Shown in pieces: positions 25,659 to 34,923 of a stretch of DNA of 42,564 nt. A model generated the notes under the pieces. The model did no database searches. It had not been told where the DNA came from and saw only the letters and a program-made list of their open reading frames with translations. A program made the position numbers and the translations under genes. Position 1 is the stretch's first letter. Each line of letters opens with the position of its first letter. Source of the DNA: a virus (lineage: Duplodnaviria > Caudoviricetes); IMG/VR virus record IMGVR_UViG_3300017700_000593, positions 1 through 42,564 of that record. One strand, 5' to 3'.

Positions 25659-26786
25659 CTAGGCCCCGATCTGCTCCCGGTATGCTTTCAGGACAGTGTC
25701 GCGGGCCGATTCCGTTTTTGAGGCCCTGCCGTCTTGCGCGCCTGCGCCAGCGATAGGTGCCCCGGTGAGAGAGGCGGCTGCAGCCTTTCGGGCTGTCGCT
25801 GCCTGTGCGGCCTGCGCTTTCACCGTTTCCTCGACCTGTTGCTGGATAAGCTGCGGTCCAATGACGGGATGGGCTCTGGTCGCGCGTTGGTAAGCGCCAT
25901 CCAAAATCTCAGCGGGTGAGTGCTGTTTCCCCGGCTGGGTTGCCGACAGATGTGCCCGTTCTGCGGCGGCGTAGTGTTCCAAGTCGTTCACTACGTCGTT
26001 GAAGTACGGATACTTCGGGTCGGTTCGTGCCGAGGCGATGAGATCGAGGACTGGCTGGGAGCGCGCCTGCTCGAATTGCTGCTGTATCGGAGCGATTCGC
26101 TGCTGGACGGCTTGCTCGATGAGGCTGTTGATGTCGGGGGCCGCTTGCGGGGTGCCCTGCGTGGACTGTCCCTGCGGCGCGCCGAGGTCAATACCTCGCG
26201 TGCGAGCGATATGCTGGATCAGGCCTTGCGGATTGTCAAGGTACGCGCGGTAGAACTGCATCAACTGGTTGATGCCACTCTCAACCGAGCCAGCGTCGCG
26301 CACGAGCACGTCACGGTGCGGAGCGATGGCGCGCGACAGCGGCTCGAACTCGGCCTTGGCGGCGGCCACGCTCTCGTAGGTCTCGCGCATCTCCTGCTGG
26401 ACGGCCTTGGGGAGCTTGTTCCACTGGACCTTGCCGGCGCCCTTCCATTCGGCGGGCGGGAGGATGGGCTCGTCTGCGGGCTTGGGGGCCGGCTGTTGCT
26501 GCTCAGCCGCGCTCGCGGCCGCGTCAGATGGAACGGCAGGGGCACCCGCCGGAGCAACAGCCGGTTTCTCCTTGAGCGTCAGCGTCTCGCGCTTCTCGCC
26601 TTCCTTGGCAAAGCGGCCTTTGTCGTCACGGGCGCGCTCGGCTGCCTGCTCGGCGGTTTCGGCCGGGGCGGCGGCTTCGGGCGCCTCCTTGACCGGGGGC
26701 TCGATGCCGATGGGCGTATCCGCCGGCATCGCCACCTCTGCGGCAGCGGCGCGAACGTCGTCGAGGATGCTGTTATCGGGGGGCAT
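25659..26786 (-). CDS. Scaffolding protein
   Basis: Ala/Pro/Glu/Gln-rich, contains RDDKGRFA, and lies between portal and MCP. Confidence 0.75.
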   Translation of the reverse strand: MPPDNSILDDVRAAAAEVAMPADTPIGIEPPVKEAPEAAAPAETAEQAAERARDDKGRFAKEGEKRETLTLKEKPAVAPAGAPAVPSDAAASAAEQQQPAPKPADEPILPPAEWKGAGKVQWNKLPKAVQQEMRETYESVAAAKAEFEPLSRAIAPHRDVLVRDAGSVESGINQLMQFYRAYLDNPQGLIQHIARTRGIDLGAPQGQSTQGTPQAAPDINSLIEQAVQQRIAPIQQQFEQARSQPVLDLIASARTDPKYPYFNDVVNDLEHYAAAERAHLSATQPGKQHSPAEILDGAYQRATRAHPVIGPQLIQQQVEETVKAQAAQAATARKAAAASLTGAPIAGAGAQDGRASKTESARDTVLKAYREQIGA

Positions 26787-27139
26787 TACTTGCGATTCCT
26801 CTCCATGTAGGCTGCGCGCTCATGGGGCGTGCGGTCGTATCGGCCGTAAAAGGCATCGGCCACCACGCTCTGGTATTCCCGCGTCGAGGTCTGAGGCTTG
26901 GGCGCCACCATGCCGGGCTCCTCGATCGCCAAGCCCCGCGCCGCAACGTGTTGGTGGTACTTGCTGCGGCTGTCGTAGTGCTTCTTGTCGAGCGGGCTCT
27001 GCGTGCCCTTCACGCCGCCGGGCAGCGTGTCGGAGATGAGGGTCGGCCCCTTGGGCGTCTCTTCCTCGAAGTAGTTGGACTGCGGCCGGATCTCCACGAG
27101 GCAATCCAAGTCGCTGTCGTACCGATAGCGCGTCCTCAT
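26786..27139 (-). CDS. Hypothetical protein
   Basis: 117-aa ORF coupled to the portal and scaffold genes. Confidence 0.75.
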   Translation of the reverse strand: MRTRYRYDSDLDCLVEIRPQSNYFEEETPKGPTLISDTLPGGVKGTQSPLDKKHYDSRSKYHQHVAARGLAIEEPGMVAPKPQTSTREYQSVVADAFYGRYDRTPHERAAYMERNRK

Positions 27140-29298
27140 GCTGGGCCTCCTGCGGCTGCCGCGTGCTTGGCCTGCGCCTGTGCGCCGATCACTTCCAGTT
27201 TCTGGTTGTGCTGCTCGCCGGCTGCCTCTTGCTGCGCGCGGCCCATCTGGACCTGTCGCCAGCCCTCCTCACGGCTCGCCTCTACCTCAATCCGCAGTTT
27301 CTCAATCTCCAGCTTCTGCTTCTCGATCTCAGCATTGGCCTTCATCATCGCAGCCTCGGCCTTGATCTTCTCCGTCTGCTGCTTTGCCTGTTCGACCTGA
27401 AGCTCCGGCGGAACCTGCTGCTGCGGGTTCTGGGCGGAGGCGGTGATCTGCTCCACCGCGTTCTCCACCTCGGTCTCCAGCGTCTCCCCCGCCTTGTAGC
27501 GGCGCACGGCGTACAGCAGCATCTCGCCCGCCAGTGGGGCCATGTTCGGCGCGGCCTGCAGCGCCGGCAGCCACGCGCCGACGTACTGCGTCACGGCGGT
27601 CACGAACTCGGTCGCCTTCTGCTGCTCCTGCATCTGGTCGGCCTCGATGGTCGAGTCGGTCTCGATGTCGATCACGAAGCCGCGCAGCTTCTCGTTCCGC
27701 AGTAGACCGATCACCTCCTCCCAGGTTGGCTCCTTCAGCGCCTCCATCATCTCGGGGGACGGCTGCGGAACAGGTGGCGGTTGGGGCGGCGCGGCACCCA
27801 TCTGTGGCATCGGCTGGCCCTCCTGCGGGGGCTGCTGAGCCGCCTGCTGGGCCTTCCCGAACTGCTCCCACATGGCCGCCGCCTGCCCGACCATCTTCTT
27901 CTGGTCAGCGGTCAGCAGCTTCACCCCCGACATGGCCTGGAGGTTTTCCAGCGTCCAGTGCTCGGCAATGATTTCGCCCTGTAGCCGGATGATGTCCCTG
28001 ATGTAGCGCTGCACGTCACGCTGGCGCTCGCGAACCCGGATGCCGCCGAACTGCGCCTTGAGCTGCTGCGCCGTCGCAGTCTCCTGCTCCTCGGTCGAGC
28101 CCCGCATGATGTCGGAGATGCCCGTGATCTGGTACATCACCGTCAGCGCCTGCTGGCGGGCCTCGATGCACTGGATCAGCGTCTCGGCCACGTCCCTGAT
28201 CGGGAACCAGACGACCAGCCCCTCGGCCCCGCCCCGCTCGGCCAACATCGCCCAGTTCTCGATGCCGATCATGTCCTGATCGTTGGCGTTCTCCATGATC
28301 TGCTTGATCGATTCCATGTCGGCCGGGTACAGGCCGCGCAGGCGCAGGGAACGCTCCAGCACGTAGATGCGCTGGGTCAGCATGTCGATCTCGTCCGCCT
28401 GGTCCGAGTACATGTCGAAATCAGGGACCGGGATGGTGCTGTCGCTGGCTGTGGTGGCCACCAGCGGGCGCGGAATCGGGTAGAAGCTGTCGAAGGTCAC
28501 AGGCGGCGGCATCACGGCCAGCGGCTCCGTGGGCCAGCCTGGGGCGATGTGGAGGACGCGCTTGGTGCTCTTGTCCCAGATGCACCACACGGTTGCCTTG
28601 GCGGCGGGCTCCTCCTGCTTCTTGTCCTCCTTGTGGTCGAGGACGATTTCCTCGCTGATGCGGCGGGCCTTCTCCTTGGCCTCGGGGTCGCCCTGGTTGC
28701 CGTTCAGCACCGTCGCGCGGATCTCCTTGCGCGTCTGGTAGACCTTGTAGCCCCAGAACCACGTCTCATCCCAGTTACGGGCCGGGTTGGTGATCTGGTC
28801 CTTCCAGTGGATGTAGCGGGTCAGCGCCTCCTGGAAGGCCACCTTGTCGCCCTCGAGCGTGGGCTTGTACTCAGTGATGGCGGCGGCGTAGCCCGGAAGC
28901 AGCAAGTCCTCGACGTTCTGGTTCATCGTGTGGTCGAACGGCTGCATGTCCAGCGAGTTCGTCAGCACCTTCTCCATGACGATCGATGCCCACCGGCCGA
29001 CCGGGTCCTTGTCCTTGTTGCGACGCTGGACGTTGGGCTTGGGGGTCTGGCTGAACAGCACCGGCTTCTGGGTCTGCACGTTGGACCACAGGACGTTCAT
29101 TTTCTTTCCGACCATCGACAGGCCGGTGGGGTTGTAGGCGCGCTTGTTCTTGTAGCGGCGGATGATCTGGTCGCCGCGGGTGCGGAAGGACTTCAGCTTG
29201 CGCTCGCCCAAGGCGATCTGGCCCAGCCAGTAGGTTGCCAGTTCCTGCGGGTCCTCTTGGTCGGAGCCTGCTTCCAGGGCGTTCTGTTCGTCAGCCAT
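27136..29298 (-). CDS. Portal protein (P22-like size, with C-terminal coiled coil)
   Basis: 720 aa after TerL. Contains NVLWSNVQTQKP, YQITGISDIMRG and ETATAQQLK. Confidence 0.85.
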   Translation of the reverse strand: MADEQNALEAGSDQEDPQELATYWLGQIALGERKLKSFRTRGDQIIRRYKNKRAYNPTGLSMVGKKMNVLWSNVQTQKPVLFSQTPKPNVQRRNKDKDPVGRWASIVMEKVLTNSLDMQPFDHTMNQNVEDLLLPGYAAAITEYKPTLEGDKVAFQEALTRYIHWKDQITNPARNWDETWFWGYKVYQTRKEIRATVLNGNQGDPEAKEKARRISEEIVLDHKEDKKQEEPAAKATVWCIWDKSTKRVLHIAPGWPTEPLAVMPPPVTFDSFYPIPRPLVATTASDSTIPVPDFDMYSDQADEIDMLTQRIYVLERSLRLRGLYPADMESIKQIMENANDQDMIGIENWAMLAERGGAEGLVVWFPIRDVAETLIQCIEARQQALTVMYQITGISDIMRGSTEEQETATAQQLKAQFGGIRVRERQRDVQRYIRDIIRLQGEIIAEHWTLENLQAMSGVKLLTADQKKMVGQAAAMWEQFGKAQQAAQQPPQEGQPMPQMGAAPPQPPPVPQPSPEMMEALKEPTWEEVIGLLRNEKLRGFVIDIETDSTIEADQMQEQQKATEFVTAVTQYVGAWLPALQAAPNMAPLAGEMLLYAVRRYKAGETLETEVENAVEQITASAQNPQQQVPPELQVEQAKQQTEKIKAEAAMMKANAEIEKQKLEIEKLRIEVEASREEGWRQVQMGRAQQEAAGEQHNQKLEVIGAQAQAKHAAAAGGPA

Positions 29299-29566
29299 GT
29301 GCAGCCACCGTCTCGCGATAGAACGCGCCTTCTTCTACCTTCAGCAGTTCAGCGGCCACCCAACTGATGGCCTCATTGGCACCCGAGAACGGGACGAATG
29401 GGCGGCGGCTACAATATTCAAGCCACACGCGGTCAAAGGCTTCCTCGGCGTCCAGCCCTATGTGCGCCAGTTTGTGGCGGCGATGCCGCGTTGTAGTGCG
29501 GATCAGTTCAGCCACACGATCATGGTCGAACGTTCCACGCACTGGTTTCCGCTTAAACGGCCACAT
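29291..29566 (-). CDS. Hypothetical protein between terL and portal
   Basis: MWPFKRKP... ORF overlapping both neighbours. Confidence 0.55.
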   Translation of the reverse strand: MWPFKRKPVRGTFDHDRVAELIRTTTRHRRHKLAHIGLDAEEAFDRVWLEYCSRRPFVPFSGANEAISWVAAELLKVEEGAFYRETVAAHG

Positions 29567-31050
29567 CACCACTCCTCCCCGCGCCGCGCGTGCTGGGTCC
29601 AGAGCTTGTCCACCGACAGCACCGTCTCGTTGCCTGTGGGCGCACGCCCAATCGGCAGGCTCGGGAACATCGGCTCAGGCTTGGGCTTGTTGCTCGGCAA
29701 GAACGGGCGCGACATGCAGGCGTAGCGAATCTCGTCCGGCGCGTGGTCCTCGCCTTCGCTGTCCACGTCCTCGGGCCGCAGTTCGTCGTGCTGGAGAGCG
29801 GGCAGCGTGCGGACTGCATGGATGCAGGTCTCGAAGAAGTACATCATCGGGCGCTCGTCCTGCCCCACCAGACGCGAGCGGACCTGATCCCAGCCGCCCA
29901 GCGCGCCCTTCTGGGCCACGCGCTTGTTGTCGGCGCGCCGGAAGCCCACCCGGATCTTGCCGTTGTCGCCCCTGCTCCCGTTGGCGATGCGCTCGGCAAT
30001 GCTCGGGCCGCCGTCGTTGGCGAAGGCGCTGGGGTCCAGCACGCTGTGGCCGTTGCTGATGGTCTCGCCTATCTCGCGGTCGGCAATGCCCGCGCCTACG
30101 GCTTCGGCGGTGAGCTTGCATCCCTCGTTTGGTTGGCCATTCCAGCCGTACCACTCGCGATAGCGGACAAGTGCTCCTCGTGGCAGCGAGGGCACAGAAC
30201 CATCAGATATGGCCCACCACCCAAAGCTGAAGGGCCGAGCGCTACCCCAGTCACCGGACCGGAAGCGTGGCCATGTCTCTGGCACCGTAAAAGCGGGGAT
30301 GACGTGCTGTGGGCCGAACTCGGGGAAGAAGGCGCCAGCGATGACATTCCAGTCTCCATCCAGCCAAGCGCGCACCAGCGTCTCGTTGCCGCTCATGTGC
30401 AGGTTGGCCTCGTAGTCGCGGCCCAGGTATTGGTTGTCCTTGAGGCGGCTCGGGATGTAGACGCGATCCCGGCTTACTTCACCGAACGTGCTGGTGATGA
30501 TCTTCCAGCCGAGAGGCGCAGGGTCGATATATCGGGCCTTGACCCACTGATGGCCCGGGCCGCCAGGATTGCCTGTAGCTCTAAATCCACATGGCACACC
30601 CGCCCCAGAACGTAGAGTGGCCATGAGCTTGAGAATTGGCACGGGGCTGGGGAAGTTGCCGATCTCCTCGACGTAGACGCGCGTGTAGCTGTGGCCTTGG
30701 TAGGCGTTCGCATCGTCGTCCCTCTCCAGATAGGCGAAGCGCAGGCGGGCGCCGTTGGGAAAGCGCCACATGGCGTCCTGCGTGTGGAACTTGGCCCCCA
30801 AGGGCTCGTATATCTGCTTGCTGCGCTCGATGGTCTCGACCAGCTCGGTGCGGGTGCGGCGGACCATGAGGGCAATCGCATGCTCGCCGTACAGGTCGGC
30901 ATGCACCACGAACTCGCCCAGCACGCCGTCTGTCTTTCCCCCGCCTCGAGCGCCGCCGTAGAATACCTCAAACACGGGGCAGGTGATGAGGGCGGTCTGC
31001 GGCCCCTTCTGCGGGCGCCAGACGATGGAGTAGTCGCGGCCGTCAGGCAT
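29566..31050 (-). CDS. terL: Terminase large subunit
   Basis: Walker A YGGARGGGKT, Walker B VYVEE, TGNPGGPGH, nuclease DWG and EDHAPDEIRY. Confidence 0.95.
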   Translation of the reverse strand: MPDGRDYSIVWRPQKGPQTALITCPVFEVFYGGARGGGKTDGVLGEFVVHADLYGEHAIALMVRRTRTELVETIERSKQIYEPLGAKFHTQDAMWRFPNGARLRFAYLERDDDANAYQGHSYTRVYVEEIGNFPSPVPILKLMATLRSGAGVPCGFRATGNPGGPGHQWVKARYIDPAPLGWKIITSTFGEVSRDRVYIPSRLKDNQYLGRDYEANLHMSGNETLVRAWLDGDWNVIAGAFFPEFGPQHVIPAFTVPETWPRFRSGDWGSARPFSFGWWAISDGSVPSLPRGALVRYREWYGWNGQPNEGCKLTAEAVGAGIADREIGETISNGHSVLDPSAFANDGGPSIAERIANGSRGDNGKIRVGFRRADNKRVAQKGALGGWDQVRSRLVGQDERPMMYFFETCIHAVRTLPALQHDELRPEDVDSEGEDHAPDEIRYACMSRPFLPSNKPKPEPMFPSLPIGRAPTGNETVLSVDKLWTQHARRGEEW

Positions 31051-31343
31051 CAGTGGGGGCCATGTTTGGCTGACCACTCGTCCGCGTCCTGCTCGGGCGG
31101 CGGGGCCATAACCATGTGGTTCGTCACGGTGGCGTCGATGATCTGGGTCTGGTTTGGCTTACCGTCGAGGCGGTCTGCTATCTCCTTGAGGGCCGACACG
31201 TCGCCGCCGAGGCCGTTGTGCACCAGCCGATGCGCGAGCAAATCCAACTTCTTCGCGCCCGTTTCCTTATCGCGCTCCGACACCACGCGGCGCAAAGCAT
31301 CGCGGAATGCCTTGTCAGACCATACCCCGCGCGGCCTAGCCAT
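31050..31343 (-). CDS. Terminase small subunit (putative)
   Basis: GDVSALKEIADRLDGKP motif, immediately upstream of terL. Confidence 0.7.
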   Translation of the reverse strand: MARPRGVWSDKAFRDALRRVVSERDKETGAKKLDLLAHRLVHNGLGGDVSALKEIADRLDGKPNQTQIIDATVTNHMVMAPPPEQDADEWSAKHGPH

Positions 31344-31782
31344 TTGTAAGGCCGTAAGTCTTTGAAACTTCGCTCAGATCGTGTGGCGCAATCTCTTGGG
31401 CGTCGTGCCACTCCTCGCGCCGAATCTGGCGGTTCTGGATCGCCTTGATCTTGCGCGCATCGGCGGCTGTGGGCGGCATCACAAGCCGGCCACGTCGGAT
31501 TGCGTCGCGCGTATTCTGCTTAGGGGTGCCTTCGTACAGGTGGGCTGGGTTCACACACTTGCGGTTGTCGCATGTGTGGCAAATGTGAGAGGCGCCTAAC
31601 TCATCGCGTCCATTCGCCAGCGCCCATGCGAGCCTATGGGCTCTAACATCTCCCCTGCCGGAGATGTGAATCTGGCCATAGCCACCAGTCGCTTTGGTGC
31701 CTGTCCATAGCCAACACGCATCAGGACCGGCGCTCTTGTCGGTATGTGCGTCTAGCCGCTCAAGGTTCGCTTCACGCTGCAC
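31336..31782 (-). CDS. HNH homing endonuclease
   Basis: CWLWTG..GYG..AHR..CHTCDNRKCVNPAHL. Confidence 0.9.
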   Translation of the reverse strand: MQREANLERLDAHTDKSAGPDACWLWTGTKATGGYGQIHISGRGDVRAHRLAWALANGRDELGASHICHTCDNRKCVNPAHLYEGTPKQNTRDAIRRGRLVMPPTAADARKIKAIQNRQIRREEWHDAQEIAPHDLSEVSKTYGLTNG

Positions 31783-31815
31783 ATACGTATAAAAACGAAC
31801 CCTAGACTTAGGAAG

Positions 31816-32136
31816 TCAAGCGTATTCTTCTGCGTCTGCTGTCAGACGGGCGTATTCCTCATCGCTCAGAAGCGAGCCGAGGCCCATGCGGCGGGTGATG
31901 GCGCCACCGTCGCCATACATCAGATCGGAGATGCCGGTTATCGAGCGCATCGCCGCCTCCTTCACTTCAGCAACCTCTTCCCACCACGACCAAAACTCCT
32001 TTGAGCCGCCGAGTAGGATTCTCCCCTCTTGGGCCGAGTAACGGTAGGGCGACATCTGGGCAGCAGTGCTCACCCGCATCAGGCTCGGCGCTGCGACAAT
32101 CGCCGGGGCTGCGAACAGGAAGAAGCGACGCTTCAT
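31816..32136 (-). CDS. Hypothetical protein with an RR-F..AAPAIV N-terminus
   Basis: MKRRFFLFAAPAIVAAPSLM, with an ATGA overlap. Confidence 0.65.
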   Translation of the reverse strand: MKRRFFLFAAPAIVAAPSLMRVSTAAQMSPYRYSAQEGRILLGGSKEFWSWWEEVAEVKEAAMRSITGISDLMYGDGGAITRRMGLGSLLSDEEYARLTADAEEYA

Positions 32137-32381
32137 GCCGCGACTCTAGCACAGCCAGCCGCGATCAGCCTCGAAATCGAGGCCGCAGCCGATGGGGAAA
32201 GGTCCGCCCATGTCCCGTATGCCGTGCGGTAGTACGGCGGGATACCGAGGGTCTGGCGTTGGCGCTGGACGGTTTTCTCGTGGTGTCCAGTCGCGCGGGC
32301 AATGGATGCGTTCGTGCAGCCTACAGCAGCCATTCGCTTGAGGATGGCCGTGTGCTCTTGGGTCCAGGGGTGGCCGTTCAT
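32133..32381 (-). CDS. GcrA-like N-terminal HTH protein
   Basis: WTQEHTAILKRM...G.TNASIARATG resembles the GcrA N-terminus. Confidence 0.6.
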   Translation of the reverse strand: MNGHPWTQEHTAILKRMAAVGCTNASIARATGHHEKTVQRQRQTLGIPPYYRTAYGTWADLSPSAAASISRLIAAGCARVAA

Positions 32382-33119
32382 TCAGCGGGCCACCATCCAC
32401 GCGCCGTTCAGGTCGGGGATCGACCGGATCGGCCAAGGGATGCCGTACTTCGCCAGGAACTCGTGGGTGGCCAGAATGCAGCCCTGCCAAGCGTAGTAAT
32501 CATCGAGGATGATCGCGCCGCCGTTGGACAGGAGCGGCACCAACTCCTCCAGGCAGCACTTCACGGGCTCGTACCAGTCGCAATCGATGCGCAGGACCGC
32601 GATGCTTTCCGGGCGGGGATTTTCCTTCAGGGTCTGCTCGAGCCAGCCTTCGCGGATGCGGACGTGGTCGGCAAAGCCGAAGTTCCTGATTGCGACGCGC
32701 ACCTCGTCGAGCGGGGCCGCGCAGTAGTTCTGGTTGTAGGGGTCCGGGACGCCGCTCAGGGCCGCGGCGCGGTACTTGGGCGCCTGCTCGCCGTCCTGTG
32801 GCGCCGGCAGGCCCATGCCCTGGAAGCTGTCGTACATCCAGACGGGGCGGCGGATTTCGCCGTAGGCGTAGCGCTGGGCCAGCAGCATGGCGAAGCTGTT
32901 GCCGCCGAGCCATGTGCCGCACTCGACCAGGTCGCCGGGAATGCCTTGGTTGATGGCGTCCAGGGTCCGGTAGACGGTCCAGGCGATGCCGGGGTCGGGG
33001 ACCATGCTGTAGGGGCGCACGTCGGCAATTGCCCTCTTGGCAATCTCCACGAGGCTTTTGTCGGGCGAGGCATAGGGGTCAACGCTGGGGCTGACGTGGC
33101 CGAGGATGGGTCCGTCCAT
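32382..33119 (-). CDS. TylF/MycF/NovP-family O-methyltransferase
   Basis: IPGDLVECGTWLG, YDSFQGM, GW..QTL, IAVLRIDCDWYE, GGAIILDDY. Confidence 0.92.
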   Translation of the reverse strand: MDGPILGHVSPSVDPYASPDKSLVEIAKRAIADVRPYSMVPDPGIAWTVYRTLDAINQGIPGDLVECGTWLGGNSFAMLLAQRYAYGEIRRPVWMYDSFQGMGLPAPQDGEQAPKYRAAALSGVPDPYNQNYCAAPLDEVRVAIRNFGFADHVRIREGWLEQTLKENPRPESIAVLRIDCDWYEPVKCCLEELVPLLSNGGAIILDDYYAWQGCILATHEFLAKYGIPWPIRSIPDLNGAWMVAR

Positions 33120-33133
33120 GTTTTTCTCCGGGT

Positions 33134-34297
33134 TCAGCGCTGGAAGGCCAGACGGGGGATGAAGCGGCGATGGGCGCCGGGCGGGTTGGCGTCGATCAGC
33201 AGGGCGTGGACCTGCTTGAACTGCCGCTCGATTTCATCGTCCGGGATGTATTTCTTTTGCCGCTTGATGGGCACATGGAAGGCCCTCTCGAAGTACGGCA
33301 TCCAGTCGAACTGCCAACGCACGTTGCTCCAGCATCGCTCGCTGAACACGTCGAGGCTGACGAGTCCTTCGTCGGCCGCCTTGTCCTTGTCGCTCACCTC
33401 CACGTAGGTCATTTCGCCGTTCTGGGGCATGTAGAACGGTGTTTCCCCGATGAAGGATGGCAACTCGGCATCCAGTGTGGCGGGGATGCGGGGCTGTGCC
33501 AGCGAGCACAACCTGGGCGACAGGTAGGCCGGGTTCATGTGGCAGCAATGCAACACCAGCTTGTCGCGGCCCTGCCAGACCAGCAGGTGCGAGTTGGGCA
33601 TCTGCTCCGGGATCGTGGCGTTGTTCATCAGGCTGCTGACGGTCTGCTTGTGCAGGTGCTTGAAGCCGATGTTGCCGAGCGCGCGGCTGGGGATGGGCAG
33701 GCTGCCCCTGCTCGGGCCTTCCTTGATTCGGAAGGGCTCGATGTCCTCCCACGCCGTCGAAATCTCGGCGCTGATGCCGGGCTGCACGATGGCCTCGTGG
33801 CCAAGATCGCGCAGGCGGAACAGGTTGGGAAAATAATCCTCGGCGTAGATGTGGTCGGGCTGCAGCATGTGGAAGGCCATGCCGACGCGGCCCGCCATCT
33901 GCAGCATGACGTTCCCGGCCACGCCCAAGATCCAGTATTTGTTCAGTTCGTCGCTTGGCACATGCACCATGACCTCGTTGGGGATCACGAGGAGCTGGAT
34001 GGTGATGCCGCCCGCTTCCAGCCCCTTGGTCATGCCCCACAGGCGAGTGAAGCTGTCGGTGTCGGTGAACAGCACCATGTGGCAGCGGCCGGCGAGCGCT
34101 CCCAGGTTCTTCTGGCTCACGATCGACGGCAGGCAGTAGTTCTGGAAGCGGTCGAGGTACTTCTTGCCCCAGACCGGGCAGCCCATCAGGAGGGTATCGT
34201 CACGGCGGGTCGGCGCCGTCTCGTAGAGCCTGGCCATCTCGGTGCCGAACCAGTTCTCGAGCACGGGGAGGAAGTCGGTCAATGCAGAGGGGTTCAT
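33134..34297 (-). CDS. Hypothetical protein, possibly a GT-A-fold glycosyltransferase
   Basis: GGAG RBS. Contains VWGKKY...F...CLPS, VLFTD and LQPDHIY, and is adjacent to TylF. Confidence 0.55.
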   Translation of the reverse strand: MNPSALTDFLPVLENWFGTEMARLYETAPTRRDDTLLMGCPVWGKKYLDRFQNYCLPSIVSQKNLGALAGRCHMVLFTDTDSFTRLWGMTKGLEAGGITIQLLVIPNEVMVHVPSDELNKYWILGVAGNVMLQMAGRVGMAFHMLQPDHIYAEDYFPNLFRLRDLGHEAIVQPGISAEISTAWEDIEPFRIKEGPSRGSLPIPSRALGNIGFKHLHKQTVSSLMNNATIPEQMPNSHLLVWQGRDKLVLHCCHMNPAYLSPRLCSLAQPRIPATLDAELPSFIGETPFYMPQNGEMTYVEVSDKDKAADEGLVSLDVFSERCWSNVRWQFDWMPYFERAFHVPIKRQKKYIPDDEIERQFKQVHALLIDANPPGAHRRFIPRLAFQR

Positions 34298-34324
34298 TTG
34301 TTCTCCAGTTTCTTGTTGGTTGTG

Positions 34325-34373
34325 GTGGCTCCGCTTCGCTCCGCGGCGGACCTTGGCGGGCAGGAGTGCGTCA
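34325..34373 (-). repeat. Family A hairpin element, copy 2
   Basis: Minus strand reads TGACGCACTCCT-GCCCG-CCAAGGTCCGCC-GC.GGA.GC.GAA.GC.GGA.GC-CAC. The TGA is the stop of 34371-34565. Confidence 0.85.
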
Positions 34374-34565
34374 TGGGCGGGTCCGCTGGTATCTCGGGCG
34401 ATACGGCGCGGGCCATTCTTCACGCATCGGCGCCCTGTCGCTCACGGCGATATCAACGCCGCGGGCGTCCAGCATGTCCTGAATGGTCATCGCGTACCCC
34501 ATGTGGGCCGTATGCCCGGCCATGCGGAACAGCCACTCCAAGGCCAACAGTTCCTTCTCGCTCAT
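34371..34565 (-). CDS. Hypothetical protein
   Basis: MSEKELLALEWLF... ORF between two hairpin elements. Confidence 0.6.
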   Translation of the reverse strand: MSEKELLALEWLFRMAGHTAHMGYAMTIQDMLDARGVDIAVSDRAPMREEWPAPYRPRYQRTRP

Positions 34566-34601
34566 CCTGCCTGTTCCTGCTGTGGGGTGGGGGAGGTGGA
34601 G

Positions 34602-34659
34602 GTGCATCGGCGATGACGCCGATGTCCCATCTCGCGCTGCATCTAAACCTTCCGCCTCA
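34602..34659 (-). repeat. Family R' hairpin element, copy 2
   Basis: Minus strand reads TGAGGCGGAAGGTT..ATGCAGCGCGAGATGGGA-CATCGGCG.TCAT.CGCCGATG-CAC, then CTCCACCTCCCCCACCCC. Confidence 0.85.
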
Positions 34660-34923
34660 TGTCACCAACGCAGGCAACGGCTTCCACTGCGTCGGCTGAA
34701 CAGAGGGCTCGCCGTCCTCGTTCACGAGCCAGCAAATGCCGTCGGTCCACGAGTCTGGCGGCTCCTGATCCTCGGCAAACTGCCAGCCGCCGCAGTCCTT
34801 GCCTTCTGTGTCGATCAGCCCGCCAGCCCATGCAATTACGTTGTCGCTGCCGTGCCCGGGAATGCGCGCCTGGAATGGCGTCCCATCCTTTGGTGCCGTC
34901 TCAATCGGCTGCCAGTCGCTCAT
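34657..34923 (-). CDS. DUF551-like protein
   Basis: MSDWQPIETAPKDGT...QPTQWKPLP. Confidence 0.8.
   Translation of the reverse strand: MSDWQPIETAPKDGTPFQARIPGHGSDNVIAWAGGLIDTEGKDCGGWQFAEDQEPPDSWTDGICWLVNEDGEPSVQPTQWKPLPALVT

Noticed and set aside
32001-34699. Long plus-strand ORFs (32001-33407, 33170-34699) and similar antisense ORFs over the structural genes
   Set aside because: They are shadow frames of high-GC minus-strand genes that have clear motifs or operon context.
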